Shown here piece after piece: positions 46,221 to 56,080 of a DNA stretch of 56,080 bases. The notes beneath the pieces were generated by a model, which was given only the letters and a program-made list of their open reading frames with translations, was not told the origin of the DNA and searched no databases. The stretch is from Lentisphaeria bacterium (GTDB taxonomy: Bacteria; Verrucomicrobiota; Lentisphaeria; JABSQK01; JAWLHB01), in assembly GCA_041690595.1 (NCBI GenBank), contig JAWLHB010000052.1, positions 1-56,080 on the forward strand, given 5' to 3'. Position 1 is the first letter of the stretch. Every line of letters starts with the position of its first letter. The translations under genes were made by a program, and so were the position numbers.

Positions 46221-48032
46221 ATGTTTACGTGGAATCGAAAGTCGGTGGATCTGAACGGCACGTGGAAGTTCTGCCCGGATCCCATGCAGCGGTGTCGCCG
46301 GCAGCAGTGGTGGAAGAACCCGACCAGGACGAATGGCATCTTTCCCTGCTGGGATGCCGCCGGGCTTTGGTCGACGCCGGTGCCGTCGACGTGGAAGATC
46401 GCCCACGATGAGCTGAAGTGGTACGACGGTCATGCCGTCTACATGCGCGACTTCGAGGCTGAGCTGCCGGAGGATCATGAAGCTTACCTGGCCTTCGACG
46501 GGGTACTCTACTCCGCTCAGGTCTACCTCAATGGACAGCATGTGGGCGATCACGAATGGGGCTATTCTCCCTTTCAGTTGCGGGTCACGGAGGTGCTGCG
46601 CGAGCACAACCGGCTCTGGGTTCTCCTGGAGAACATCCCGCGCCTCGATCGCGTGCCGGGCGAGATCCACGACTGGTGCAACGACGGCGGCATCATCAAC
46701 CCAGTCAAGCTGATCTTCGTCCCGAAGACTCACATCGAGAACTTCCGCACGTCGACGCGCCTGGAGGGCGAAGAGGTGGTGATCTCGGTCGAGGTGACGC
46801 TGGCTTCCCGTGACCAGGCCGCCCGCGAGAGCGTGCATGTCCGCCTGCCCGAGCTTGGTCTCGACGCGGACATGACGGCCTCGATCGGCGAAACGGCCCG
46901 TTGCGACCTGCGTGTCGCCCGCGCGGATATCGAGCTGTGGACACCTTCCTCGCCGAAGCTCTATAGAACGGAGATTTCGACCCGTTTCGAATGCCTGGTG
47001 GATGAGATCGGCTATCGTGAGGTGCGCACGGAAGGGCAACGAATCCTGCTCAACGGGGAACCGCTCCGCCTCTACGGCATCTGCACCCACGCCGAGTTCA
47101 AGGATACCGGTCGAACGGCGACGCCTGAAGGCATAGAGCTGATTATTGACCATGCCAAAGCGCTTGGCTGCAACTTCCTGCGCTGCGCTCACTATCCCTA
47201 TCCGGAAGCCTGGGGACGGGCGCTCGATCGGGCGGGCATCATGTGGTGGGAGGAAGTCCCCGCCTACTGGCTGCCGAACATGCACACCGAGAGCCAGACC
47301 CGGCGCTGCTGCGGCATGCTGGAAGAGGCCATGAGGCGGGACTGGAATCGCGCCAGCCTGATCATCTGGTCGGTCTCCAACGAGTGCTGCTGGCGCAATC
47401 CCGAAAAGCCGGAAGAGAATAACTACCCTTACTGGTTCAAGTCGGTAGCGATGGTGCGGCAACTGGATGACAGTCGCCTGATCAGTTGCGCGGAGGCCGG
47501 CAACATGATCTCTGTCAAGCCGGTCTGGGCGCCGGAAAGCGGCGACGACTTCGATCGGCCGGTTGAGGATGCCGAGAGCTGGCGGCCCGGCCACACCGAT
47601 GAATGGTATGCCTTGTTCGACATCCTGGCGGCCAACCTGTACGTCGCCAATCCCGGTGAAGCGGAACCGGCCTACCGGCGCTTTGTGGAGATGTTCCGCG
47701 GCTACAACAAGCCGTTGATGCTCAGCGAGTTCGGCTCCATGTCCCTGCGCGGTGCGGAGATGCCGGAGGATCGTCTGGGCAGCGAAGCGCGCCATGCCAG
47801 CATTCTGCGGGAGGCTTACTCCGTCTTCTCCAAGCTGCCGGAACTGACGGGCTACATGCCCTGGTGCGTGGCCGACATTCGCGTCCCCCTGCACTGGCGC
47901 TGGTACAACGAAGGCAAGGGGGTCTTCCGCTATGGCATTCTGGATGATCGGTTCGAGCCGAAGCAGAAGGTCTACCAGGCGTTGAAGAGTGCGATCACGG
48001 AGCTGAAAGAGCAGTACGGCGAGGCGCGATGA
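46221..48032 (+). CDS. GH2 glycoside hydrolase (beta-glucuronidase-like size)
   Basis: DLNGTW, VYLNG, GYSPF, PKLY, NFLRCAHYP, WSVSNE, SEFG. No signal peptide. Confidence 0.92.
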   Translation: MFTWNRKSVDLNGTWKFCPDPMQRCRRQQWWKNPTRTNGIFPCWDAAGLWSTPVPSTWKIAHDELKWYDGHAVYMRDFEAELPEDHEAYLAFDGVLYSAQVYLNGQHVGDHEWGYSPFQLRVTEVLREHNRLWVLLENIPRLDRVPGEIHDWCNDGGIINPVKLIFVPKTHIENFRTSTRLEGEEVVISVEVTLASRDQAARESVHVRLPELGLDADMTASIGETARCDLRVARADIELWTPSSPKLYRTEISTRFECLVDEIGYREVRTEGQRILLNGEPLRLYGICTHAEFKDTGRTATPEGIELIIDHAKALGCNFLRCAHYPYPEAWGRALDRAGIMWWEEVPAYWLPNMHTESQTRRCCGMLEEAMRRDWNRASLIIWSVSNECCWRNPEKPEENNYPYWFKSVAMVRQLDDSRLISCAEAGNMISVKPVWAPESGDDFDRPVEDAESWRPGHTDEWYALFDILAANLYVANPGEAEPAYRRFVEMFRGYNKPLMLSEFGSMSLRGAEMPEDRLGSEARHASILREAYSVFSKLPELTGYMPWCVADIRVPLHWRWYNEGKGVFRYGILDDRFEPKQKVYQALKSAITELKEQYGEAR

Positions 48033-48056
48033 TCCCAATCTAAGCGGAGGCGCTGC

Positions 48057-50186
48057 ATGACTACTGAGATTCGCATGCACAGGGGGGCGCCGGCGCTCTT
48101 CATCGATGGGCGGGTTTCATCGGGCATGACCTACATGACCTATGATAAGAGCCTCGCTCACGTTGGGGACTTTGGCGTGGCGGGGGTACCGCTGGCCAGC
48201 TTCTGTGCGACGCCCGATCACAGCTATTACGGCTTCGTGCCCACCACCTGGATCGGACCGGATGCCTTCGACTACAGTGACTTCGATGCCCGGATGGCGA
48301 CTATCCTGACGCAGCATCCGGACGTTTACCTGATTCCGCGCCTCTACTGCTGCGCCCCGCCGTGGTGGATGGAGCAGCACCCTGAGGAGCGGAGTCTCGG
48401 ACAGCGGGTCGGCAGCCACGAAGAGCAGTACGGCGCGCAGCCCTCGTTTGCCTCGGAACTCTGGCGCCGGGCGGGCAACGAGGCGCTGCGGCGTTTCATC
48501 GAGCGGGCGGAAAAACAGCCCTATGCCGACCGCATCATCGGCTATCACCTCGCCGGCGGTTCCACCGAGGAATGGTATTACCTGGATTATTGGGACGACG
48601 TGGCGAGGGACTTCTCGGAGCCGCAGCGCCGGGCCTTTGGCGCATGGCTGGAGCAGCTCTATGGCACTCCGGCTGCGCTGCGTCAGGCCTGGGACGATGA
48701 GTGTGTTTCCTTTGCCGAAGTTTCGATTCCGACGCGGGCGGAACGGCTCAGCCCGTCATTGGGCGAGGTACGCGACCGGCGTGGGCCGGACCGTCGCGTG
48801 GCTGACTACCTGGCCTTTCACAGCGCCATCGTCAGCGACGTGATTGCCGAACTGGCTCGGACGGCCAAGGCGGCTTGCGGACGGCGCAAGATCGTCGGCG
48901 CTTTCCAGGGGTATATCTTCGAGCTGTGCGGTGGCGGTCAGGGGCCGGCGGAAGGGGGGCACCTGGCGATGGGAGCGCTGCTGCGCTGCCCCGACCTCGA
49001 CTTCTTCACCGCGCCGACCTCATACTGCTTTCGACCGCTGGCCGAGGGCACGGCCAGCTTCATGGCGCCCATTGCCTCGATCCGGCACCATGGCAAGCTG
49101 TGGTTCGACGAGAACGATCTGCGCACCCACCGATCTCCGCGGCCGGGTTACTGGCGCACGGCGGATGCGGCCGAGACGATTGCCATGCAGGAGCGCGAGA
49201 CGGCGCTGGTGGTAACGGAAGGCACTGGGATGTGGTGGTTTGACATGAGCGGCGGCTGGTACGACGATCCGGCGGTCATGACGGCTATCACGCGCCTGAA
49301 CGGCGTCGCCGAAAAGGCGCTCCACTGCTCGCGGGAATCGGCCGCCGAGATCGCTGTGGTGGTCGACGAAGCGTCGATGTGCTACCTGCGTCCAGGATGC
49401 CACTTCGCGTCGCGGCTCATGTCGATGCAGCGTCTGGAGCTGGCACGGCTGGGGGCGCCGGTGGATATGGTCTACCTTGACGATCTGGCGGAACTGCGGC
49501 CATACAGGATGTATATCTTCCTCAACCTGCTCTGCCTCGATCCGGCGCGAAAGGCGATGCTCGAGACCGTGGTCAAGCGCCGCGATCAGCTCGCTATCTG
49601 GGTCTATCTGCCGGGGCTGCTGACGGAGCGCTTCGATGCCGGCAATGTCTCGGCACTGATCGATATCGACGTGACGGTGCGCCTCTCCTACGGCATGATG
49701 GAGGTGGAGACGGTGGCGGAGAGTTCTCTGGTCAGGGCGGGATGTCCGGCGGGGGTACGCTTTGGGGTGCCTGTCTCGATGCAGCCATCGGCAACCTGTG
49801 AAGATGCCGGCGCCGAGGCGTTGGGCGTCAGCGATACCGGGGGTGTGCTGCTGGCTATGAAGAAACTGCCGGGGTGGACGAGCATCTGGTCCCTCGCGCC
49901 ATGCCTGCCGGCCTGCGTGCTGCGGGCCGCGGCCCGTCTTGCCGGTGTGCATCTGTACGCGGAGAGCGACGACCCGCAGTATGTGAACCGCTCCTTCTAC
50001 GCGATCCATGCTCGTACTGGCGGCGGCAAGCCTATTTCGCTGCCTCGTGAGGTCGCGGTGACCGATGCGCTGACCGGCAGGCCGATCGCGGTGCAACCGG
50101 TAAGCGAGGTGGCGCTGACCATGCAGCCGGGCGAGACGCGGCTCCTCTTTCTGGGGAGTCAGCAGGCGTGGCGGGAACTCTCCTGA
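48057..50186 (+). CDS. GH42-like TIM-barrel glycoside hydrolase
   Basis: PPWWMEQHPEE, SFASELWR, IIGYHLAGGSTEEW, WFDENDLRT, AEIAVVVDE. Confidence 0.75.
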   Translation: MTTEIRMHRGAPALFIDGRVSSGMTYMTYDKSLAHVGDFGVAGVPLASFCATPDHSYYGFVPTTWIGPDAFDYSDFDARMATILTQHPDVYLIPRLYCCAPPWWMEQHPEERSLGQRVGSHEEQYGAQPSFASELWRRAGNEALRRFIERAEKQPYADRIIGYHLAGGSTEEWYYLDYWDDVARDFSEPQRRAFGAWLEQLYGTPAALRQAWDDECVSFAEVSIPTRAERLSPSLGEVRDRRGPDRRVADYLAFHSAIVSDVIAELARTAKAACGRRKIVGAFQGYIFELCGGGQGPAEGGHLAMGALLRCPDLDFFTAPTSYCFRPLAEGTASFMAPIASIRHHGKLWFDENDLRTHRSPRPGYWRTADAAETIAMQERETALVVTEGTGMWWFDMSGGWYDDPAVMTAITRLNGVAEKALHCSRESAAEIAVVVDEASMCYLRPGCHFASRLMSMQRLELARLGAPVDMVYLDDLAELRPYRMYIFLNLLCLDPARKAMLETVVKRRDQLAIWVYLPGLLTERFDAGNVSALIDIDVTVRLSYGMMEVETVAESSLVRAGCPAGVRFGVPVSMQPSATCEDAGAEALGVSDTGGVLLAMKKLPGWTSIWSLAPCLPACVLRAAARLAGVHLYAESDDPQYVNRSFYAIHARTGGGKPISLPREVAVTDALTGRPIAVQPVSEVALTMQPGETRLLFLGSQQAWRELS

Positions 50187-50193
50187 TCGGCGT

Positions 50194-51405
50194 CTATGAA
50201 CTGCCGTTCAGCCAGCCCTTTCTGCGAAAGTAGAGCAGGAGCGCGACTGTGCAGGAGATGACGATGGCCCAGAAGATCGGATAGGACCACTTGAAGTCCA
50301 GCTCCGGCATGTGGGTGAAGTTCATGCCGTAGACGCCGGCGAGGAAGGTGATGGGGATGAAGAGCGATGCCATGATCGTCAACACCTTCATCACTTCGTT
50401 CATCTTGTTGCTGACGGCGGACATGTAGAGGTCGGTGAGGTTGCCCGCCATCTCCCGATGCGTCTCGATGATGTCCATCACCTGGATGCCATGGTCGTAG
50501 ACATCGCGCATGTAGGTATGGGCGTCGTCGGAGAGCATGTTGCTTTCATTGCGGTAGAGCGTGTCGACCGCTTCCCGCAAGGGCCAGAGCACACGGCGCA
50601 TCAGGACCAGTTGCCGCTTGAAGAAGTGAATGCGCTGGAGATCCTCGGTTCGAGGCTTGAGGAGGAGGGAGCTTTCGATGGCATCGAGCTGATCGCCATA
50701 GCTCTCCAGGATGGGGAAGCAGTTATCGACGACAGCGTCGAGCAGCGCGTAGAGAAGAAAGGAGGTGTCGTGGAGGCGGAGCTTCGACTCCGGCCGCTCG
50801 ATGCGCTGGCGGATCGGCTCCCAGATGTCGCCACGGCGCTCCTGAAAGGTGACCAGCGTTTTTGCGTAGAGCAGCATGCTGATCTGCTCGGCGTTGACAT
50901 GGTCGCCCTGCAAGGTCATCATGCGGATGACAACGAAGAGATGGTCCTTGAAGGTCTCCACCTTGGGCCGTTGCGGCACGTGCAGTATATCCTCCGCCGC
51001 CAGTGTGTGGAAGTGGTAATGCTGCCGAAACTGGTTGACCACGTAGGGATGCAGGCCATCCACATTGACCCAGCGGGTGGTCACCCAATCCGCCCGCGGC
51101 ACCTTCAGGAAATCGTCAGCCGCCTTGTACTCGTGGATCTCGACCTTGTCGCTGGAATAGTCAATGCAGGTGATGCGGACAGCGTCCGGTTCCGGCGGGG
51201 TGTGGAGATCCGGCAGGTGCTCGATACCCGGCGCGGAACCAGGAGCGCCTGCACCACCATGTTTCGAGGGTGAGCGGAAGAGGCTCTTCAACGAAGGTGG
51301 CGCGCTGAGCAGCGTGTGGCCGATCTGTCCGATCATGCCGATCAATCCAGCGACACTGACGGGAGGGGGATTTGGCTTCTCCTTGTGCTTCTTTCGACGG
51401 GACAT
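50194..51405 (-). CDS. corA: Magnesium/cobalt transporter CorA
   Basis: WVNVDGL, EDILHVPQRPKVE, NEVMKVLT...AGVYGMNF...MPEL. Start may alternatively be 51417. Confidence 0.93.
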   Translation of the reverse strand: MSRRKKHKEKPNPPPVSVAGLIGMIGQIGHTLLSAPPSLKSLFRSPSKHGGAGAPGSAPGIEHLPDLHTPPEPDAVRITCIDYSSDKVEIHEYKAADDFLKVPRADWVTTRWVNVDGLHPYVVNQFRQHYHFHTLAAEDILHVPQRPKVETFKDHLFVVIRMMTLQGDHVNAEQISMLLYAKTLVTFQERRGDIWEPIRQRIERPESKLRLHDTSFLLYALLDAVVDNCFPILESYGDQLDAIESSLLLKPRTEDLQRIHFFKRQLVLMRRVLWPLREAVDTLYRNESNMLSDDAHTYMRDVYDHGIQVMDIIETHREMAGNLTDLYMSAVSNKMNEVMKVLTIMASLFIPITFLAGVYGMNFTHMPELDFKWSYPIFWAIVISCTVALLLYFRRKGWLNGSS

Positions 51406-51572
51406 TCTCTTCTCCATCAGGAAGTGTGGACCATGACGTGCTGCTCCCAAGATAGCGACCGCCGCATGAAAGTAAAGCCGACCCATGCCTGCCTGGTCGC
51501 ACCGCCGCCCTTCGCGTCGCCGCTCACTGAGAATACCTGCCGCCCAACCGCCTCGATCCCAGCCAGGTGGCT

Positions 51573-51601
51573 TTGCGTATGGCAGCCCCTGACGCTACAC
51601 T
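51573..51601 (+). promoter_or_regulatory. Possible sigma70 promoter
   Basis: TTGCGT-N17-TACACT upstream of a GAGGAG RBS and ATG 51641. Confidence 0.5.
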
Positions 51602-51640
51602 ATTGAAGAAGCAAAAACGACCTGCAACGAGGAGGAGTTG

Positions 51641-52441
51641 ATGAAGTATGCATTCATGAGTTTTTCGGCGCCAGCCGCATCTTTGGACGAGTTGCTGGCG
51701 ATGGCGGCCGAGTACGGATACGATGGGGTGGAGCCGCGCATCGATAGCGATCATGCCCACGGCATCGAGGTGGATCTGCTCCCGGATGAACGGCAGGCGG
51801 TTCTGGATCTGGCGGAAGAGACGGGCATTGCCATCTGCTGCATCGCCACCTCCTGCCGCCTGGCCGATCCAGAGGTCGTTCAGGAGATGCTGCCCGTGGC
51901 CCACGACGCCATTGACCTGGCCGGCGACCTGAAATGCCCGTGCATACGGGTCTTCGGTGGGGCCGTAAGAAAGGGGCTGCGCCGCGATCAATCCTCACGC
52001 ATGCTGGCCGGCGCCCTGTCGCAGCTTGGCAATCATGCCGCCGAGCGGGGCGTAACCGTTTGCCTCGAAACGCATGACGATTGGTGCGATCCGCGACATG
52101 TGGCCGCCGTGTTGGAGAAGGTGGCGCATCCGAACATCGCGGTCAACTGGGACATCATGCATCCGGTACGGGCGGCTGGCGTGACCATGGATGAGGCCTT
52201 CGAGGCCCTGCAGCCGTGGATTCGTCACGTCCATGTCCATGACGGCGCGTGCAGCCGCGAGCGCCTGGAGTTCCGGCCGATCGGAGAGGGCGACATCGAT
52301 CATCGCACCGCGGTTCGCCTGCTCCGCGAGAGTGGCTACGAGGGCTTTCTCAGCGGCGAGTGGATCAACTGGACGCCTGCCGAGGAGCATCTGCCGACAG
52401 AGCGGCAGACGCTTCGGCAGTACGAAAGCGAGATTGCCTGA
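51641..52441 (+). CDS. Sugar phosphate isomerase/epimerase (AP_endonuc_2 TIM barrel)
   Basis: GYDGVE, LETHD, NWDIMH, HVHVHD, GFLSGEW. Confidence 0.9.
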   Translation: MKYAFMSFSAPAASLDELLAMAAEYGYDGVEPRIDSDHAHGIEVDLLPDERQAVLDLAEETGIAICCIATSCRLADPEVVQEMLPVAHDAIDLAGDLKCPCIRVFGGAVRKGLRRDQSSRMLAGALSQLGNHAAERGVTVCLETHDDWCDPRHVAAVLEKVAHPNIAVNWDIMHPVRAAGVTMDEAFEALQPWIRHVHVHDGACSRERLEFRPIGEGDIDHRTAVRLLRESGYEGFLSGEWINWTPAEEHLPTERQTLRQYESEIA

Positions 52442-52444
52442 GCC

Positions 52445-52837
52445 TCATATTCTGGTGAACGGGACGGCTTTGGCGTCCTCGATGACCTTCTCCCAGACCT
52501 TGCGATCGGTGATGACCACGTAGCGATGGGTGCCGCCATTGGGTGTCCTCAGGGTGCTTGGCCCAAGCACGTAGCAGATGACGTTCGGCGCGTCCGTCCT
52601 GACCTGCGCGGCATCGCCGATCTGCGTCAGCACCTGAGCGGCCATACCCTCCGGCGCCACGGCTTCCGCCAGCACGAGGAGGTTGGGGCCCTTGGCGTAG
52701 ACCTGCGTGATCCGCATGGCGTAGCCCGCGGTGGGCGCGGTTGCCTGCACCTTCACGGTCTGCGTACTCGCGGCGGGTGTGCTTTGGCAACTGACCAGAC
52801 AGGCCAGGGTGAGCGCGACGGTCAGCAGGCGTATCAT
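52445..52837 (-). CDS. Small lipoprotein with PrcB C-terminal-like motif
   Basis: Lipobox-like [16 protein letters not shown]...MAAQVLT. ATGA overlap with pgi. Confidence 0.65.
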   Translation of the reverse strand: MIRLLTVALTLACLVSCQSTPAASTQTVKVQATAPTAGYAMRITQVYAKGPNLLVLAEAVAPEGMAAQVLTQIGDAAQVRTDAPNVICYVLGPSTLRTPNGGTHRYVVITDRKVWEKVIEDAKAVPFTRI

Positions 52838-54465
52838 GCTTCCTCCTTGCGGCGCTGAGCGAAGAAACGTCGCAGTAACTGGTTGGTCGAGCTGTCGTGG
52901 CGCAGGGCACGCTCATCACCGGCTTCGATCTCCGTCAGGATAGCACCGGCGAGCACCTTGCCCAGCTGTACTCCCCATTGGTCAAAGGAGTAGACGTCCC
53001 AGATAATGCCCTGCACGAAGACCTTGTGCTCGTACAGTCCGATCAGCGCGCCGAGCGTATGCGGCGTCAGCTTCTCCGCCAGGATTGAGTTAGTCGGCCG
53101 ATTGCCGTCGAAGACCTTGAAGGGCACCAGCTGCTCGGGGGTAGCTTCCGCGCGAAGCTCCTCCGCCGACTTGCCGAAGGCGAGCGCCTCCGTCTGCGCG
53201 AAGAAGTTGGCCATCAGCTTGGCATGATGGTCGCCGATGGGATTGAAGGAGCGGGAGAAGCCGATGAAATCGGCGGGGATGAGCTTCGTTCCCTGATGGA
53301 TCAGCTGGTAGAAGGCATGCTGGCCGTTGGTGCCCGGTTCGCCCCAGATGATCGGGCCGGTCGACCACTCGACTGGCTGCCCCGTGCGCGCCGTGCTCTT
53401 GCCGTTGCTCTCCATGTCGACCTGCTGCAGGTGGGCGGCAAAGCGCCACAGGTACTGATCGTAGGGCAGGATCGCGTGGCTGTCGGCGCCAAGGAAGTTG
53501 TTGTACCAGACACCGAGCAGCGCCAGGATGACCGGCATGTTGCTCGCCAGCGGCGCCTCGCGGAAATGCGTATCCATGGCATGAAAGCCTTCGAGCATCT
53601 GCACGAAGTGCTGGGGGCCAACCGCCAGCATGACCGGCAGCCCGATCGCCGAGCAGAGGGAGTAACGCCCACCGACCCAGTCCCAGAAGCCGAACATGTT
53701 CTCGGCGTCGATCCCGAACTCCACCACTGCCTTCTCGTTGGTCGAGACGGCGACGAAATGCTCCGCCACGGGCAACTCCCCGATCCACCTGCGGGCGCTC
53801 TCGGCGTTGGTCATCGTCTCCTGCGTCGTGAAGGTCTTGCTGGCGATGATGAAGAGCGTTTCGCTCGGCTTCAGGTCGCGGGTGACCTCGGCAAAATGGG
53901 TCGCATCGACGTTGGAGACGAAGCGTATGTCCAGATTTTTGTTCCAGTATGGCCGCAGCGCCTCGGCCGCCATCATCGGCCCCAGATCGGAACCGCCGAT
54001 GCCGATGTTGACCACGTGCCGGATGCGCACGTCGGGATTGGCGGGCCATGCTCCCGTGTGCACGCGGCGGACAAAGTCGCTCATCCGGTCGAGCACCTTG
54101 TTGATCTCGGGCATGACATCCTGGCCCTCGACCATGACCGGATGGTTGCCGCGGTTGCGCAGGGCCGTGTGCAGGACGGCGCGATCTTCCGTGCGGTTGA
54201 TCTTCTCGCCGGTGAACATCGCCTCGACCGCGCCCTTCACATCACAGGCCTTGGCCAGCTCCACCAGCAGCTCGAGGGTCCGCGGAGTGATCCGGTTCTT
54301 CGAGTAGTCCAGGAAGAGGCCCGCCGCTTCCAGTGACAGATTCTCCGCGCGCGATGGGTCGGCGGCGAACAGCTCGCGCAGATGCTTCCCCTTCATGCTC
54401 TCGCTTTCCTGACACAATGCCTGCCATTGGGGAAGGTCGTTTCGCTTGATACTCGGCTGACTCAT
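52834..54465 (-). CDS. pgi: Glucose-6-phosphate isomerase
   Basis: [56 protein letters not shown]. Confidence 0.98.
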   Translation of the reverse strand: MSQPSIKRNDLPQWQALCQESESMKGKHLRELFAADPSRAENLSLEAAGLFLDYSKNRITPRTLELLVELAKACDVKGAVEAMFTGEKINRTEDRAVLHTALRNRGNHPVMVEGQDVMPEINKVLDRMSDFVRRVHTGAWPANPDVRIRHVVNIGIGGSDLGPMMAAEALRPYWNKNLDIRFVSNVDATHFAEVTRDLKPSETLFIIASKTFTTQETMTNAESARRWIGELPVAEHFVAVSTNEKAVVEFGIDAENMFGFWDWVGGRYSLCSAIGLPVMLAVGPQHFVQMLEGFHAMDTHFREAPLASNMPVILALLGVWYNNFLGADSHAILPYDQYLWRFAAHLQQVDMESNGKSTARTGQPVEWSTGPIIWGEPGTNGQHAFYQLIHQGTKLIPADFIGFSRSFNPIGDHHAKLMANFFAQTEALAFGKSAEELRAEATPEQLVPFKVFDGNRPTNSILAEKLTPHTLGALIGLYEHKVFVQGIIWDVYSFDQWGVQLGKVLAGAILTEIEAGDERALRHDSSTNQLLRRFFAQRRKEEA

Positions 54466-54508
54466 CTACTCTGCTCTCCTTGGAGAATGTGGGAATTGAA
54501 CTGGAAAC

Positions 54509-55606
54509 TCAGGCTGTGCCCGTGCCTTTCGAGACGATGCGGCGCAGGCAGGAGCCGGGGGCGCTCATGCGACCGGCGGCTATCTCCTCTTCGCGCACCA
54601 GCGCCAGGAGGATCTCGCGGTCGGTCTTCCGGCAGCGATCGTAGACGATGGCGATGGTCCCGTCTTCCGCCTGGGCCGCGTCGGGATAGGATACCGACTG
54701 GCGCTCGTCGAGCAGCAGGTGACCGAACCAGCTCTTGCCGTCATCGTCCGATAGCATGGCGGTGAGGTGGTTGCGCCCGCCCCAGCCTTTCGAATTGGGA
54801 TCGGTGACATAGTTGTGATGATTGACCAGCAGCAGTCGACCACTGGCCAGGCGGCTGATGTGGAAGCGGCTGTTGGGGCAGGGGATGTCGTTGTGGCGAC
54901 CAGGCGACCAGGTGCGCCCGCCATCGGTCGAGATGCTTTCGCCGACGCCGTTCCACGTGCGGGCCAGCATCCACAGCGAGCCGTCGACCCGCTCGACGAT
55001 GTGGTGCTCGTCAAAGATCGGGGTGGGCATGGCCACGCCACCACGCCACTCCCAGCTCTCGCCCTGATCGGTGGACGCGTAGGCATTGGCCAGGCGCATG
55101 TGCCGCGTCTCGGGATGCTCGGCGCCGACGCTCCAGATGGAGGAGGGGATCATCCACGTGCCGTCGCGCAGCGCCGTCGGCTTGTTCATCATGATACCGT
55201 GGCAGAGGCGTCGAGGCGCCGACCAGGCGAGGGGATGCTCGTCGGGATTGTCATTGCGGATCGCCCAGACGCCGGAGCGCCCGTCCCATTTGCCCAGCGA
55301 CTGCGCCCAGAAGAGCCAGAGCCGGCCGAGGGGATCGAGCCACATCGTTGGATCGTAGGCGCGCACCTCCCCCGGAGGATCGATGACAAGCAGCGGATCG
55401 GTCCACGTCACCCCGCGATCGTCGCTGACCCCCACCGCCACATGATTCTGGGGCGTCTCGTCATGGCTTCCCGTATACCAGGTGGCCCAGAGCTGCCGCT
55501 TGGAAAAAGCGACACCCGGAATACCCTGAAAGAGGCGTTGATCAGCACGGTACTTGGCGGCGGGTGCAAGATCGACGGGTGGGGCGATGAGCGCGGGATC
55601 GGCCAT
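54509..55606 (-). CDS. BNR-repeat sialidase-fold protein (GH33-like)
   Basis: Four Asp-boxes (SDDRGVTW, STDQGESW, STDGGRTW, SDDDGKSW) and SYPD. Confidence 0.85.
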   Translation of the reverse strand: MADPALIAPPVDLAPAAKYRADQRLFQGIPGVAFSKRQLWATWYTGSHDETPQNHVAVGVSDDRGVTWTDPLLVIDPPGEVRAYDPTMWLDPLGRLWLFWAQSLGKWDGRSGVWAIRNDNPDEHPLAWSAPRRLCHGIMMNKPTALRDGTWMIPSSIWSVGAEHPETRHMRLANAYASTDQGESWEWRGGVAMPTPIFDEHHIVERVDGSLWMLARTWNGVGESISTDGGRTWSPGRHNDIPCPNSRFHISRLASGRLLLVNHHNYVTDPNSKGWGGRNHLTAMLSDDDGKSWFGHLLLDERQSVSYPDAAQAEDGTIAIVYDRCRKTDREILLALVREEEIAAGRMSAPGSCLRRIVSKGTGTA

Positions 55607-56080
55607 GGGGGCTCCTTTTGGCAGAAATGGTCAGGTCAACACGTCACAAAGAATACACTGAAAATCCCCCTCCCGCCACCCGACTTGCACGCTGTTCCGT
55701 CGGGGCCGCTTGCCGCGGTAGCTCCGGGGCAGCCGCAATCATCCCCGATTGCGCCAAGCTCGCTCTCCGGGTGGCCGCAATGAAACCTGAATCGAGGGCG
55801 CCGCTCTCCGAGCCGCGACTTGGGCCGGTGCCCCCAACGGCCCTGCCATTCGCCCCCTCGCTCACGCTCAAAACCTCGGTCGAATCCTCGGTCGTTATCC
55901 TGGGCACGCCACTCGCCTGAGTGCCATCGCCATCAACCCGTGTGCTCTCAATACCACTGCCGTTAGCCTCGACAGGCCCGGCAACGTGACGGCAATGTAT
56001 GCCCATTGACTTGCAGAGTTTGGTTGACGAGGCCACCGTTTCTACGGCTTGCGGGTGTGGTGAACCGGCAAGTGGTGGAC

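Noticed and set aside
55644..56036. 130-aa minus-strand ORF and GC-rich partial hairpins or possible REP-like motifs (GCTCTCCG twice)
   Set aside because: No protein motifs and atypical codon usage. The repeats are too short and I did not notice them elsewhere in the window.
56051..56080. GCGGGTGTGGTGAACCGGCA resembles the 5' end of a tRNA-Leu
   Set aside because: The following bases cannot close a D-stem, and the window ends before an anticodon or T arm could be checked.
1..56080. CRISPR arrays, rRNA, integrase or transposase genes
   Set aside because: No regularly spaced repeats and no such coding motifs were seen.

Overview
GC-rich bacterial chromosomal segment. The gene content (TPR-ExbB-ExbD-vWA/DUF4159 operon, many large secreted glycoside-hydrolase-like proteins) suggests a PVC-superphylum organism such as Lentisphaerae; this is inference only. 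From left to right: (1) a 5'-truncated O-antigen-ligase/TPR gene; (2) a translationally coupled pair of a soluble M48 metallopeptidase and an 1829-aa pseudokinase-DUF4011-SF1 helicase-Vsr-like-WGR protein, a candidate anti-phage system; (3) a TPR-exbB-exbD operon ending in a ~1690-aa vWA / TonB-like SxxxH helix / long linker / DUF4159 fusion; (4) a GH78-fold protein with degenerate catalytic motifs; (5) an 8-gene glycosylation operon with three CgeB-like glycosyltransferases and a divergent GT9, separated by back-to-back sigma54 promoters flanking a TyrR-box-like palindrome; (6) a ~19-kb glycan-degradation cluster with three paralogous ~1300-aa secreted clan GH-A-like proteins, GH127, an esterase, GH2 and a GH42-like protein; (7) corA, a sugar isomerase, a lipoprotein, pgi and a BNR/sialidase-fold protein. 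I found no rRNA, complete tRNA, CRISPR array or transposase. All domain calls come from reading motifs by eye, not from database searches.
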